Origin: Callorhinchus milii
Taxonomy: Eukaryota
Direction: 5' to 3'
Assembly: GCF_018977255.1 (NCBI RefSeq)
Contig: NW_024704743.1
Span: forward strand, 30,134,001 to 30,198,000
DNA: 64,000 bases
Under the pieces are notes generated by a model. It did no database searches. It was not told the DNA's origin and saw only the letters and a list, made by a program, of their open reading frames with translations. Both the position numbers and the translations under genes were made by a program. Of this stretch, positions 1 to 12,315 are shown one piece after another; the first letter of the stretch is position 1; every line of letters starts with the position of its first letter.

Positions 1-137
1 CACGTCATTATGTTGGCCCAAAGTGTAGCATAATCTGTGCCAAGTTTGATAGTCAATGTCAAACACAAAAATAGTCATTACGAAATTGTTACAATGCAAG
101 TCCAAATGAGGAAAACACAGAGGCAATGTACAGTGAC

Positions 138-146
<9 letters not shown>
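1..146 (+). repeat. Direct duplication copy 1 (identical to 429-574; runs off the window's left edge)
   Basis: cacgtcattatgttggccc...cagtgaccattaataa is repeated exactly at offset +428. Confidence 0.95.
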
Positions 147-189
<43 letters not shown>

Positions 190-366
190 CCTTGCATTTG
201 ATATAGCGCTTTTCACGTCGGGAGGACGTCCCAAAGCGCTTCACAGAACACACTGTAAAATGAATTGACTGTATATTTGTGGGCGAACGCGGCAGCCAAT
301 TGCGCACAGCAATGTCCCACAAACAGTCGTAGATTGAAAATGACCAATTTATTATTGTTTTGTTTT
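141..366 (-). mobile_element. 5'-truncated young tRNA-derived SINE with long (ATT)n tail
   Basis: (TAA)n 141-190 followed by ccttgcatttgatatagcgcttttcacgtc...aaatgaccaatttattattg; near-identical to the copies at 37500 and 43161. Confidence 0.92.
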
Positions 367-428
367 CAAATGGATTTCAATACCATCGATGCAAAGAGAG
401 ATTGCCTCTTATACATGTCTCTGACAGC

Positions 429-574
429 CACGTCATTATGTTGGCCCAAAGTGTAGCATAATCTGTGCCAAGTTTGATAGTCAATGTCAAACACAAAAAT
501 AGTCATTACGAAATTGTTACAATGCAAGTCCAAATGAGGAAAACACAGAGGCAATGTACAGTGACCATTAATAA
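429..574 (+). repeat. Direct duplication copy 2
   Basis: Exact match to 1-146. Confidence 0.95.
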
Positions 575-809
575 CGTGGTATTTGGAATGACTTCAAGTA
601 TGGAATATTTGTCAAGACTTAACATTTCTGAGAATTATACTTTGTTGGGCGAAATACATAAAAATGAACATTAAACAAGAAATAGATCAAATACACATTG
701 TTGGAGGAGCAAAATACAACTTGTGACCTTTAAACAGCACAAAACTATTGCTTGAAAGGTCAATGTGATTACAGTATTGCTACATTAAGCAATAGCAACA
801 TAAATATGT

Positions 810-1715
810 CTTTTTAATATCTACATGCTCCTGCTCGGCGATATCATCCACAGACATTGTATGATACACTTCCATGTATGCAGGTGACACCCAAATCTAT
901 CTCTCTGCCTCCACCCTCAATTCCAGGATCACTGCTGTTCTGACCGATTTTCTGTCAGGCATCAACAACAATAACAAAATTATATTTGTAAAGCGCCTTT
1001 CACGTCAGCAGGATGTTCCAAGGTGCTGGTCCTGGATCAAGTCTCGCATGAGAGCTAGCTTTCTCCGGTTGAACATCAACAAAACAGAGCCCCTCCTGAT
1101 TAGCTCACAAGGATGCCTTCTCACCTCAGATGCTGACAGCATCAAACTATTTGGATGCATATTCCACCTCACAGAACCTGTGCAGAACCTCGGTATTGTG
1201 TTCAACTCTCAGCTGTCCTTTAAACCTCACATTTGTGCTTTGATTCATTCAGCTTTCTCCCACCACTGTAACATTGTCCACTTCCGTCACGAACGAAGGT
1301 AAATGGAGTTGAGGTGCAGATCAGCCATGATCTAAAAGAATGGGGGAACAGGCTCAAGGAACTAAATGGGCTACTCACGTTCCTATGTTCCTAACTGTGG
1401 CCGCTTCCTCCAGTCACTGCCCTCCATCTTTACCTGACCCACCATCGGAGATTTTTAGTGTATATACGCCCACTCTCTGGAATTGCATCACACAATAATT
1501 TCCACTCGCCCCTTCCCTTATCTCCTTCAAGACCTACCTGAATACCTTCCTCTTTGAGCGCACTTTTGGCCATCTTTCCCTCCCTCAGCCCCTTGCCCCA
1601 CACACTGTCCGGCCCCCACCCCCAACTCAGGTGCAAAATCTGGACTGTCCAGAGCCTTGGGACTTCCTCCCGATGTGCAAATGTGCTCTATAGATGTAAA
1701 TTTGCATTGTATTGT
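810..1715 (+). mobile_element. Decayed L2-clade LINE (RT C-terminus to 3' tail) with nested insertions
   Basis: Translation gives YAGDTQIYLS (degenerate YADD motif), MRASFLRLNINKTE and VQNLGIVFNSQLSFKPHI; tail ctgtccagagccttgggac...tctatagatgtaa. An inverted L2 tail sits at about 962-1028. Confidence 0.85.
1290..1394 (+). mobile_element. CR1-clade LINE 3' end nested in the L2
   Basis: ggtaaatggagttgagg..cagatcagccatgatct...gaacaggctcaagg..ctaaatgg..ctactc..ttcctatgttcct; same tail type as the 48603 CR1. Confidence 0.8.
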
Positions 1716-2454
1716 ATGTATATTTTGTGTTAGCGGTACATGGAGCCAAAATTTGCCTTTTAGAAAATCAGAGCCACTTTTCACTGAGAGAAGGTCAAAC
1801 CAATGCATGGTCTGCAATAAGTCCATCGTTTACAGTACAATCACATAATGATCAAGAATGCATCCTGTGCTATAGATTAACTTGCCTTTGTTTTTATCGC
1901 GTGTTTCTTTTCTTTAAAATCATTCTTTCTCTGAGGACAAGGGATCACACCAAGATCTGAGCACTTTAATAACTAAGTGTTGGAATTGATAAATAAGGTG
2001 AAGCAATTCCTCCCAATGGTGGATGTCCATAATGTATACTTTAAATTAAATGGTTGAAAAGGATGTGTCCGTCTTCCTCAAAGACAATATAAAAGCTTCC
2101 TCTTGGGCAGTGACGGAAGTGCTTTTCTTGGTTGTCAGGGCAACACCTTGAACTCTATCTATCCTACAATTTCTGTCCGAGACCAACACTATTCCCAGAT
2201 TCAAACAGGAATAATATTCCATTCTGCAGGAGTGAACAATGATCAGACATAAATCAAAAATAATAAAACATTTGCAACTATGAGCTTATTGGAGTAGTGA
2301 CTAGGGTCCATAAATAATGTCATGTTGATAGATTATTTTATTGTGAAAGCCTTAACATAGTCTAGTTATAGAAAGTTTCCTGGTGGACTCCTGGAATCAT
2401 TCAGTTACTTTCTTCCTCCCGTTTTTCCCCATCAACAGGAGTTGGGTTTTCAGC

Positions 2455-2725
2455 CTATTGCCCCTTCTCTCTGAAACTCCATACTACAGTCCCTCTGACC
2501 TGCTTCCTCACTCATCTCGTTCAAGGCCCGGCTCGTGACCTTAATCTTTGACTGGGCTTTTAGCTATCTTTCCCTCCCCTCGGCTCCTATCCCCAGCTTG
2601 GGTGCCGAGCCAGGACGTAGGGACGTCCTCCCAATGTGAAAGGCGTTATACAAATGTAATTTTGTTGTTGTTGTTATGTCTCCTGATGTGAAAGGTGCTG
2701 TATAAATGGAAATTTGTATTGTATT
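2455..2725 (+). mobile_element. Old L2 3' fragment with two stacked tails
   Basis: ctctgaaactcc...tcaaggcccggctc...ctttgac; gggacgtcctcccaatgtgaaaggcgttatacaaatgtaa(ttg)n, then a second tail. Confidence 0.75.
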
Positions 2726-2949
2726 GCACAGTAATGTCTTTATCAAATCTAAAGTCATTTAACCCACGTGCCCACATATTGGTGCTGTGCAGAAACTCTT
2801 CCAGGATAATTTCACTCGCTTCCTCAAGTCTTCTGCAGCTTCTGGTTGAGTTTCAAGTGAGCAATTCAATCATACAATCCTGGAGGAGTTTACAACAAGA
2901 ACTAAAAATTGGAACAAAGTTAAACCCCCAAATGTACATATATAAGAAT

Positions 2950-3222
2950 ACAAGCCTTGCATTTTGACACAGTGCTTCATCACAGTGTCGAAAACATTTC
3001 AAAGAGCTTCACAGGATTTACTATAAAGTGTGGTGACTGTATATTTGTAGGTGTTGATTTTGAAGCAGTTTTTTTAGTAAGATATAATAATAATATAATA
3101 ATCCTTTCACTTGACATAGTGCCTTATCAGGCCATTAAGACATCTCAAAACACTTTCACAGGATTTACTGTAAAGTGTAATGATTATGTATTTCTAGGCC
3201 TTGATTTTGAAGCAAGTTTTCT
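2950..3222 (-). repeat. Two diverged tandem units of SINE tail plus MITE junction
   Basis: ttcacaggatttactRtaaagtgt...tgattttgaagca appears at about 3008-3067 and 3155-3214. Confidence 0.7.
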
Positions 3223-3348
3223 GGAAGTTCTTTTAAGAACTAGAGAAAAGGTCTTCAAAGTTATAACTGGATTTAACAGTCTGCCAAGTTCTGCACACTT
3301 TGAAATGCTACATTAACAGAGTAAATCTACACCCAGGTGGAATTTTTA
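3198..3348. mobile_element. Partial palindromic MITE (centre plus right arm)
   Basis: Ends aaatctacacccaggtggaattt, matching the right arms at 15751-15776 and 26069-26092. Confidence 0.7.
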
Positions 3349-5707
3349 CGCTTGGGGATGTCAGAGTAGGTCAGGAGTTGATGGGCTACACATGCTTGTT
3401 ATTGAAAGAAGCTTTTGTGGCAGCTTAGCATTGACTGAACTTGAGAACTCCACTTGTGGTCAGAGAGAGTGAGCCTAATGATCTCAGTAGTTGGCGGTTG
3501 AAGCCACGAAGGCAGGAGGCAGCTGTCGGTTGGGCTTGTGAGAGGCATGAAGAGGCTGCCCATTGAAGCGTGGGGAGAAAATATTTTCCTTGCCCTCATG
3601 GCGAGGCATAGAATAGATCAAGGTTCAGTGATTCACCGCAGTGCATATTGGAAAACATTGATAAAATGATGTACATTCCTTTAAAAATAAGGTTGCTGCT
3701 TGAAATGGAAATGAGTTGGAGAATTTTACAAAATTGCCAACACTAAATATCCATTAAAGGTTGATGCCAGCTGCGAATCTTTTGCTAATTGCTTGTACAG
3801 CAATATCTCGCCATGCTGGGATATTACTATACTCCAGTCACTAATATCTTTCAGTGTCATGGCTAATTGGGGTCAGTGAATAAAATTTAGGCCACATAAC
3901 GCAAGAGTCTAATTACATTTTAATGATGCTGGGCCCGTGTCTCATCTTTGAGGCTCATCAATGCCCCAAATTGGTATTTATTCCCATTTAATCCTTGAAC
4001 ACCAAATTATGGTGTGAATGTCGAATGCACCGCATGACCTCTTTCCTTCTGGATGCCATCAGGAATTTATTTTTGTTTGCAAGCACAATATTCCAGATGT
4101 AAATATGAAGGACACAAGCTGCTGTCTGCTTTCGCCGAGTATCTGTAATAAAAATCCTAAGCGGTGCCAGCAGACCACTTTGGTGAAATGTTTGCAATAA
4201 ACATTGCTTCAGACAATCTCAATAGTGAGATCTTCATAATAACTAATTTGATGAAGATACTATCATTCAGACAATTTACTGCTAATATCATTTTAATTAC
4301 TAAACACACTTGATATCATCAACAAATACCTTATGCTACCAACATTGGCCCAAAGTATTTTGTTGTTTGCAGTGAAGACAATGACAGATGTCTGACCATT
4401 AACCCTTAGACTGTCCTTCAGATCCAGAGATAACTCCTATCTAGTAAGTCAACAAGAACACTTACATTTATGTAGCGCCTCTCACTCAGGGTATTACCCC
4501 AAGTCACTTGGTAACCTTTATTATGGGGATTCGGTCCTGTCAGTTCCAGTTTATATGCACAGGAATTTCTTAAACAGAAAAGTCTGTGTTTTCTTTTCAA
4601 AAAAACAAAAGCCCATTTTTCCTCTTACTTTCGTGCCATAAGTTGTGGAGATGTTAGTGAATAAGAATAAATGCTCATCTGCAGCAAGCCTCAGAACTCA
4701 ACCATGAACCCACATACCCTGTAAGAAAAACGGTAATTTAATTCATGGATCTTTAATACAAATTGACTGACTCATTCATCTAAAAACACACAGTCTCTAC
4801 ATTTTACAATAATTCCTCTCCAGCGCTTTGAGATATCTCAACAACGTGATAAGGCTTTATATCAAATGCAAGGATTATTAGATAGTATTATATTATAGAT
4901 GTGCTAAAATGACTCTAATTTCCTACATTATTATTAACCAGAAATTTATCACTTAGGAAACAAATTCAATCTTTGATTTTTCAGCAATCTAAAATAACTT
5001 TAATTTTTATTTAAACTGTAAAAAGAAATGGTGCTGCTATTTTGCCAGAATCCAACTTGTATATTGGAGTGAACTTGCATTCGACCTTTCAAGCTCTGGT
5101 GATCTTTCCTCTCCTCCCTGTATGTGCAGCTCGGGGGATTTAAAGATTAACAGAGTGCTCATCTTTTAGCTCCAGTGAAATTCCTCCTGATATGTCTACG
5201 TGTGACATACCTCATACCCAGCTTTCCGCAGTGACTTCAGTAACCAAACTGCGTGTTTAATTGTCTCATTTGTCACACTGATAATGTGGAAGAAAACCCT
5301 TTTTTTACTGCAAGCATAGCCCAGTTTAATTTGGCTGTCAATATATTTGGTGAACCTTAGCCACCAGCGGTACATATTATTTACGTGAATGTACTGGAAA
5401 TATCGATTTGAAATGTGGCTCTTCTGAAACTATTAAAAATGTATTAAATTCGATGCAATCCTGTTATGTACGACAGGTTGGAATAGGCAAAAAAAGCTGC
5501 TGATAGTCAGACGTGCAATAAACAGTATAAATCTCTGAACCAGCAGCAAATTATGATTTGGTTTAAAAATTGCTACGTGTGGCGCTAATAACTTTCCGAT
5601 ATCGGATTTGTAGGTTTGCAGATTGAATGGTATTTTCTGGTACCTTCATGTAACGATAAGTATTTATCCTGGTAAATATGATAGAGTATAATTTGCCATT
5701 TAGTCTC

Positions 5708-5925
5708 AAGCAGTACACCAGTGCACACTCTGGGTCCCAAAGCCTTACTTTTTGCTAATCTGCACCTCATTCGCTTTGGAATTAGGTAAGCAGAATGCTT
5801 CCCTCTGGGGAGAGAGTGCTCACTCTATTCCAAAACATCAGATTTCCATGTGTAGGTAGCATGCATGGGACTCAGTCTAGTTTGGATATTCTTAAGGCAT
5901 GGTAATGGGTTTCTGTATGTCACAG
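5708..5925 (-). mobile_element. Unassigned ancient interspersed repeat 'X', copy 1
   Basis: gcacactctgggtcccaaagcc...aattaggtaagcag...tgtaggt..atgcatggga...tttggatattcttaaggcatggt; aligns with 29645, 37268, 44866, 22685 and 57945. Confidence 0.75.
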
Positions 5926-7104
5926 AGTTACCATCTAATTCTATTTAGTTCAGTATTACTTAACGCATGTGATGAAAAGAAAAGCGGTGAAACACTGTCA
6001 AACTGAAAATAAACACACAGAAAATGCTGTAGTAGATGGGGACCTTAAAAGAGAATAATGGGTTAATATTTCCAGGTTGAGCCTTTTTCATAACTGGAAT
6101 GATCTCAGGTCGTTTCACGTGAACCTCCCAGAGCCTCAGTTGGGGAGCAGGTTTGGGAGGCCATGGAATGAACAAGAAACTCTTATCAAATTGAAATAGG
6201 AATTTGATAATCATCAAATCAAATCTGTAATGAAGCGTCACATTCCCCCCCCCCCTCCCCTCCATACATTTAAACAGATTAATTGATAGAATAATCATCC
6301 TCAAACAGTGCCATCAAGTCCCCAGGCACAGCTGAACCCTTTCAATGCCAAAATTTGCCAACAAGTCCTAATTCTAATAGGTTTCCATTTCCACAGGCTG
6401 GAGCTTTCCTCCCTCAGGGAGAGGTCCTGGTACACTAACAGTCCCTGTGTATTCATCAATCCCCTGTGCCTGCCGTGCCAGGTTTGTAAACAGGCTGATT
6501 ACATTGCCAGAACTGCTCCTTCTCAAAGTACTGCAAATATGTCTATTTTCAATCTGGCTCATTAAGCCACGGAGAGCTGAATATCAGCAGCCAGCCTTGT
6601 AAATGGGCACATGGGCTCCAAACAGCAGCAATTAAGGAACCACAAAAGCCACATTAGGATCGGTTGTGTTGTTTCAGTCCTGTGATTTGTTTGTGTAGGA
6701 TGGAAAAGCACAACTAATATGACTCAATCTCTGTACAAGGACCGCAATGGAATGCATGCAAAACTTCCCCAGCAAATGCTGTGTGGTTCAAGGGTCTAAG
6801 ATACTGGATTTCTAATAGGATTCCTTTTTACTCCAACTGTCCTGACTTTAATGGTGTTGAATGGAATTCTGGTGAATCATCTGGCAATTTCCTATTCCCG
6901 CCAAGAGACCCCATTTACACAAAATAAGGGATCTTGTTTGAAATCCCATACTTTAGACTCCCCACATGGTATCTGTTTTGCACAGCATTAACTCTGCAAG
7001 CCAAAGCCCTAACAGATAGGGTTGTCCTAGCTGAATAACAACAACAGCTTGCAACTATACAGCGCCCTTTACCCTGGATAGTATCTCAGAGCACTTGCAA
7101 ATAA

Positions 7105-7365
7105 CCATGAAGTAAATGACCAATTATATTTGGGGGAATGCTGACCAGGATTCTTGGAGAAGTTCCCTTCTCTTTTCAGATAACGTAATTTTTTTTAACA
7201 TCCACCTGAAAAGGCAGACGGGATCACAGTTTAACCTCTGATCCATTGGATGGCTCCTCTGACACTGTATTGGAGTGTCAGACTAGACTGTGAGTTCAGA
7301 GTCCCTACTTGGGGCTTGAACATACAACCTGCTGAAACCAAGGCTATTAACTGAGCCAGGCAGAC
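7105..7365 (-). mobile_element. Deu-domain SINE (SacSINE1/AmnSINE1-like), 5' part
   Basis: ggagaagttcccttctcttttc...taacatccacctgaaaaggcagacggga..gtttaac; tRNA-like head ggggcttgaacatacaacc...actgagccaggcagac. Confidence 0.75.
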
Positions 7366-9249
7366 ATGAATATATCATACATATTAAAATTTGAGTACAA
7401 TATAATGTATACAATGTTATTATTATTATTATACAATGTGTATGTCACAAACACGCACAATATACAGTGTATATTTCCTCTCCACATTTGTTTCCTGAAA
7501 GGTCTGTCTTATTAGCAATTTTCCTCTTTTAAACAGAAAAAAACAGAACTACCTTCTAAAATCGATTTCTTTATGGTCACTGGCACTATCATTAAAGCTG
7601 GAGGTGTGATTCGCAGACCAAAGTGGGCCACATCAATAGATCCTTTATAGAATATCTCTCCTCTCACTGGCACTAGTTGCTTGGTGAATACTGATAAAAC
7701 CCCTCAGCCTACTCATTGAATAAGTCCTAACACACATTTTGTTGATCAAATTATTTCTCGGGTCCACTTGTACTTTTGGGGTGTTCATGCCAGGTCACTG
7801 TCGTTCAAAACACTCGAGGAAACCATGAGCAAACCATGCGTGGGGTTGAGCAGCTTGTAAAGCTTATTTTTGAGTTTCCTGTTGCTCGATAGAGGACAGC
7901 TTTCACTATATATATTCCCCAATCTAATCTCTGTGACTGTTATTAATGACCCGAACAGCTCTGTTTTCATCTTGCCTGCATTTCAATATGTTTTTGAGAA
8001 GTTACTCCATATCTTGGCAAAGTCAGAGCTTCATTAATTCATGTAGGACAAGTTCAGTGGAAACGCTCAAAGGCTTTTATTTGAATGTTCATCTCATCCC
8101 ATTACATGGATAGAGTGAGGTCATTTGTTAGCGGGATCCGGTTTAACAATGTTTCTTTTGGTGGGTATATCAGAGAGCTGGGGACATGTGTGCAAGTTGA
8201 GGTGATGGGTGTCAATTAAAGACCTCTTGAAGCTAATTTCTCAGAAATTAATTCTCTTTTACACAGTTGTAAACTTCATAGAGGCTCTGACCCCTCACAA
8301 AAAATCTTTGATTTTTAATCAACTCGCCTCCCTTCAGGAGATGAGCTGAATTCCGAGCTCCCTCAACAATGAAGGAAGCTGGTGTTTCGTTCTCCTAGGA
8401 TCAAATTGTCGAGCTGCTCCTCAGTATTTTAATACGGTTTCTTCCTTCATCGTCTCTATAGCCACAAGTAACTCTTGCAGCCGGTTCATTGTAATTGCTC
8501 GAAATGTAATTGGATAAGTGCCTGAGCATTATAAATAGGAAGGGATATGGAGAGAGAGTTGGAAGGTGGGATTAATGAAACAAAGGGGCAATTTAGAAAA
8601 ACAGTAGCAGGGCCACAAACATGATGAGCTGAATGGAAGGCTTCTGGATCGTAATGTCTGCTGCTTTGATTCATAATTGCAATGGGATAACAAGGCTCAA
8701 TTATCTCACTGTGGCAATACATAATACAGACAACGTCCTGAGAACAGGCACACAAAAGCCCTAGTGACTGAGTAGCTGAAAGCTATTTCTACAGTGACTT
8801 ACTCAACAAGGTGACTTTTGACTCTCAATTAAGGAGTATTTAATTATTTGACCTTAAGCGACCCTTGCAGCTGTTTGTTTGTAGTACTTTCAGCATAATT
8901 TAAAGACACAAACCCAAATGTTTTGATTTCATGCCTGGGGACAGACTTCCAGTCTTAACACATGCGATTTCTTTCTAACTCATACAATAAGATCACAGTT
9001 ACACAGATTTCTAGGTCGTATTTTTTAAATGTACAAAATTGATGCCCCATCGTTCATATTTTGCAACAAATATCATTAAATCAATTAATAATGTACCCAT
9101 AATAATATCTTATTAAAATGTAAATGGAGGAAAAGCATATTGGAATAATCGTCGTGGGTTTAAGAAAACGGGAGAAGAAATTAAACAAGTTTGGGATGCA
9201 ATAGGAGATCAGTGTGGGTTTCTTTATTTAACCACTATAATAATTTGAT

Positions 9250-9617
9250 ATAATAATCCTTAGATTTGATGTAGCGCCATATTACGTCTTCTAGATGTCT
9301 CAAAGGACTTCACAGAATATACTGTAAAGCGAATTGATTGTGTGTTTTGTGGTTGAAACACGGCAACCATTAACGCACGACGGTGTCCCACAAATAGTTG
9401 TGGATTAAGGGACCAAATTATTATTTAATCTTTTAAGGGACTATTACCCCAGGAAAGTGATCCGCCAATCGACTAACAATCTGGTTCCTACTTACTGCTA
9501 GGTAAACAGAGGCGTGTGGAGGAAGGAAACTTGCCCAACGTTTTGCCCTGCCGGGAATCTAACCCAGGTCCTCTCTCTTGTGAAGCAAGTGCTCTAACCA
9601 CAAAGCCACAGGACTCC
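9250..9617 (-). mobile_element. Full-length tRNA-SINE, long variant
   Basis: Head ggagtcctgtggct..gtggttagagcac (A box) and B-box region, ~65-bp insert ...tacctagcagtaagtaggaacc..., L2-type tail. Confidence 0.9.
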
Positions 9618-11269
9618 ACAGACTCCACACTAGAAAGTTTTGTCCACAAAATATAGTCAATTCACTTTACAGTACATTTTGATACGCTTTGAGACGTGAT
9701 AAGGCGCTATATAGGATTATTATTATTGTTATTTAATGCTGTTGTATCTTCTCAACCACAGAAATTAAATCTGCTCCCTCCTTTTCTTGAAAATATCCAT
9801 TTGTGTTTCCGGATGGAAGGTCTTTCTTTAGCGAAAAGCATTAATTCTCAATAATCAATAACGAAGAGCAGAAATATTTTTTCAATGCTTCTCTTCACTC
9901 AACCTTCATGACAGAAAATACCAGAGAATGGTCTGATTGATTGGTTTATTTATTTTGCTGCAGCTGGCGTTTTGTGATGCTTGGTTGTGTCATTTGGAAT
10001 GAGCTCTCTTATACTAAGTGAGGCATCAGATACTCCCTTGTGTGCTGATCTTTTTGGGGTTATCAAGCATCAAGCAATACTGACTGGTGAGCCCTCTTGA
10101 GAAGGTCGTCATTTGGGAACATTGAATATCAATGTGGCCAAGAGGCCCAGTCCAGCCTTGCTGTGGCACGTCTGGTTGTATTTCACTAGCGCGCTCACTG
10201 TCTCCTGGAAATAAAAGTGGAATAAAATGCACGAGAGAGAGCTTTTGAGAAAGAAAGCCTGAAATTGCACTATTTCAAGGACAATTTACTACTCTGCTAT
10301 GAAGTGCAGTGGGAATATGCCAACATAAGTGCTTGAGCAACTCTGTGGCAAATACTAGCTCATTTAATCAGATAATTTTGTTATTTTGTAAAGGGGATCT
10401 TAGAGTGTACCTACTCTGCCAAGGCAGGGTGGGGGGGGGGGGTTGGGTGAGGGGGGTGTGGAAGTAGGGAGTGGGGAATGGGGGGGAGGGAAAGGATGAT
10501 TCACATTTTCTGAATTGCTTAACATTATGTGTAGTGCTTCCTTCTGCTGGTCTCATGCTGTCATATGCACTACAGATTGGTCCTGTGCAGTTTTTGTCAG
10601 GATTTTGTGAAATCTTTATCTCAAACTGGCAATTTTCCAAACAGAAAATAAATCTGCTCCCTCCTTACTGCTCGATTTTTGAAATTATTATTTGTCAGAA
10701 GATTTTTTTGTGTCTTTTAGTTGAAACAAAAAGGGAGTGTTTGGCAATCGTGTCCTTTTTTTTCCTTCTTGTGGAGCAATTTTCAAAAGGTCATTCCTCT
10801 TACTTTTGGATGCTGCAGCCATTTCTGTTCTGGTTCAAAACTGATAGCGAAATTGATTATGATCTCATCAAAATGAAAGTCATTTAAGGGTGGTATCAGA
10901 GGATTGTCCCTACAGCATCCACCTTTGAGACTGATTTCATATGATCTTCGGGGTAGAGGGTTTCTCAAAATAATTGCTGTCATTAGATGGGCATTATTGG
11001 CAAGTTGTCTTCCTCTACGAGTCCTCTTGTTTGCTCAGTATTTGTTTGTGATGTTCTTTATTAGAGACAATATAAATTGGTGAAAACACACAAAGGGTAA
11101 GTAGATGAATTTACCATTGACAATAGCCCATTGCTGCCAACTGAGAACTATTATATTTAAGCTGATTTACTGGATCTTCGATAGATCTACCTCATCCCCT
11201 GGAAAAAATCTGTGTGCAAGGTTATCATTATATTACTCTGTACTAATGTAACTTGATGTATGTGTGAAG

Positions 11270-11398
11270 GAGAAGGGAATAGAAGGTTTGGGATTGGGAT
11301 AGGGAAAGAAGATAAGGAGAGCAGAGGCTCATGTGGAGAACAAACACTGGAACTAGTGGTCTGTTTCTGTGCTGTCCAGTCTATGTAATTCCAGGTAA
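11270..11398 (+). mobile_element. Old CR1 3' end
   Basis: gaagggaatagaagg...gaggctcatgtggagaacaaacactgg...ggtctgtttctgtgctgt...ctatgtaattc. Confidence 0.6.
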
Positions 11399-11934
11399 CT
11401 TAGTAAGAAAGCGCTCCGAGATGCCATCCGGTGTGAAGGGCATTATATAAACGCGTTGTTGTTGTGACGGTTCATATGGCTAGCCATTCTCAATTGGATA
11501 TCGTGTCCCAGAGTAAACATTAGGTAGGCCTGTCCTCTATACTCAGACATGATTGACTTACTGTTAACATCCCCATCCATCTCTGCAGCATAAGGTGGTG
11601 GCAAAACATCCAGCAAAAGGATTGATGATGGCAGCTTTTTTGGCTTCTGTTCACTCCCATTAAAAGGCCAGACTGGAAAACTGTGCGGATGAAAGGCGAG
11701 ATAATTATATACTGTGAGCTTACTGAGCCAGAGTAGAATTACAAATCCAAGCCTCTCCAACTGGCAATGCAAAGAGATGGTGATGCCAACCTTCTGCCAA
11801 CCATGCCATCTGAAAAAGAAGAAAAGAAATATATAGGGATGTTGTTCTTGTTTTATCCCCTGCTGTGATCCCAGAGCAGATGGAGGAGCTGACATTCTTT
11901 GAAACTTTCCACGCTGGTTTGTTTTTTAGCACTC

Positions 11935-12315
11935 TAATAATAATAATAATCCTTGCATTTGATATAGCATCTTATCATATCTTCAAGACATCTCAAAGCG
12001 CTTCAAAGAATATACTGTAAAGTGAGTTGACTGTATATTTTGGGGGTGAAAGGTGGCAGCCAATTGCACACAGCAGTGTCCCACAAACAGTCATAGATTT
12101 TAAGTGACCAATTTGTTATTGGTAGTATTTTTGAAGGAATTATTACCCCTGGAAAACCGATCCGCCAATTTAGTAACAACCGGGTTCCTACTTACTGCTA
12201 GGTAAACAGAGACATGTGGAGTAAGGAAACTTGACCAACATTTCGCCCTGCCGGGAATCAAACCCAGGTTTCTCGCTTGCAAGGCAAGAGCTCTGACCAC
12301 TGAGCTACTGGACTC
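11935..12315 (-). mobile_element. Full-length tRNA-SINE, long variant
   Basis: Same structure as the 9250 copy; head tagctcagtggtcagagc...gggtttgattcccggcagg. Confidence 0.92.

Noticed and set aside
140..322. Recurrent short ORFs ending in poly-Tyr or containing poly-Ile (also 37374, 38745, 43070, 43118)
   Set aside because: Translations of the SINE body and its (TAA)n tail.
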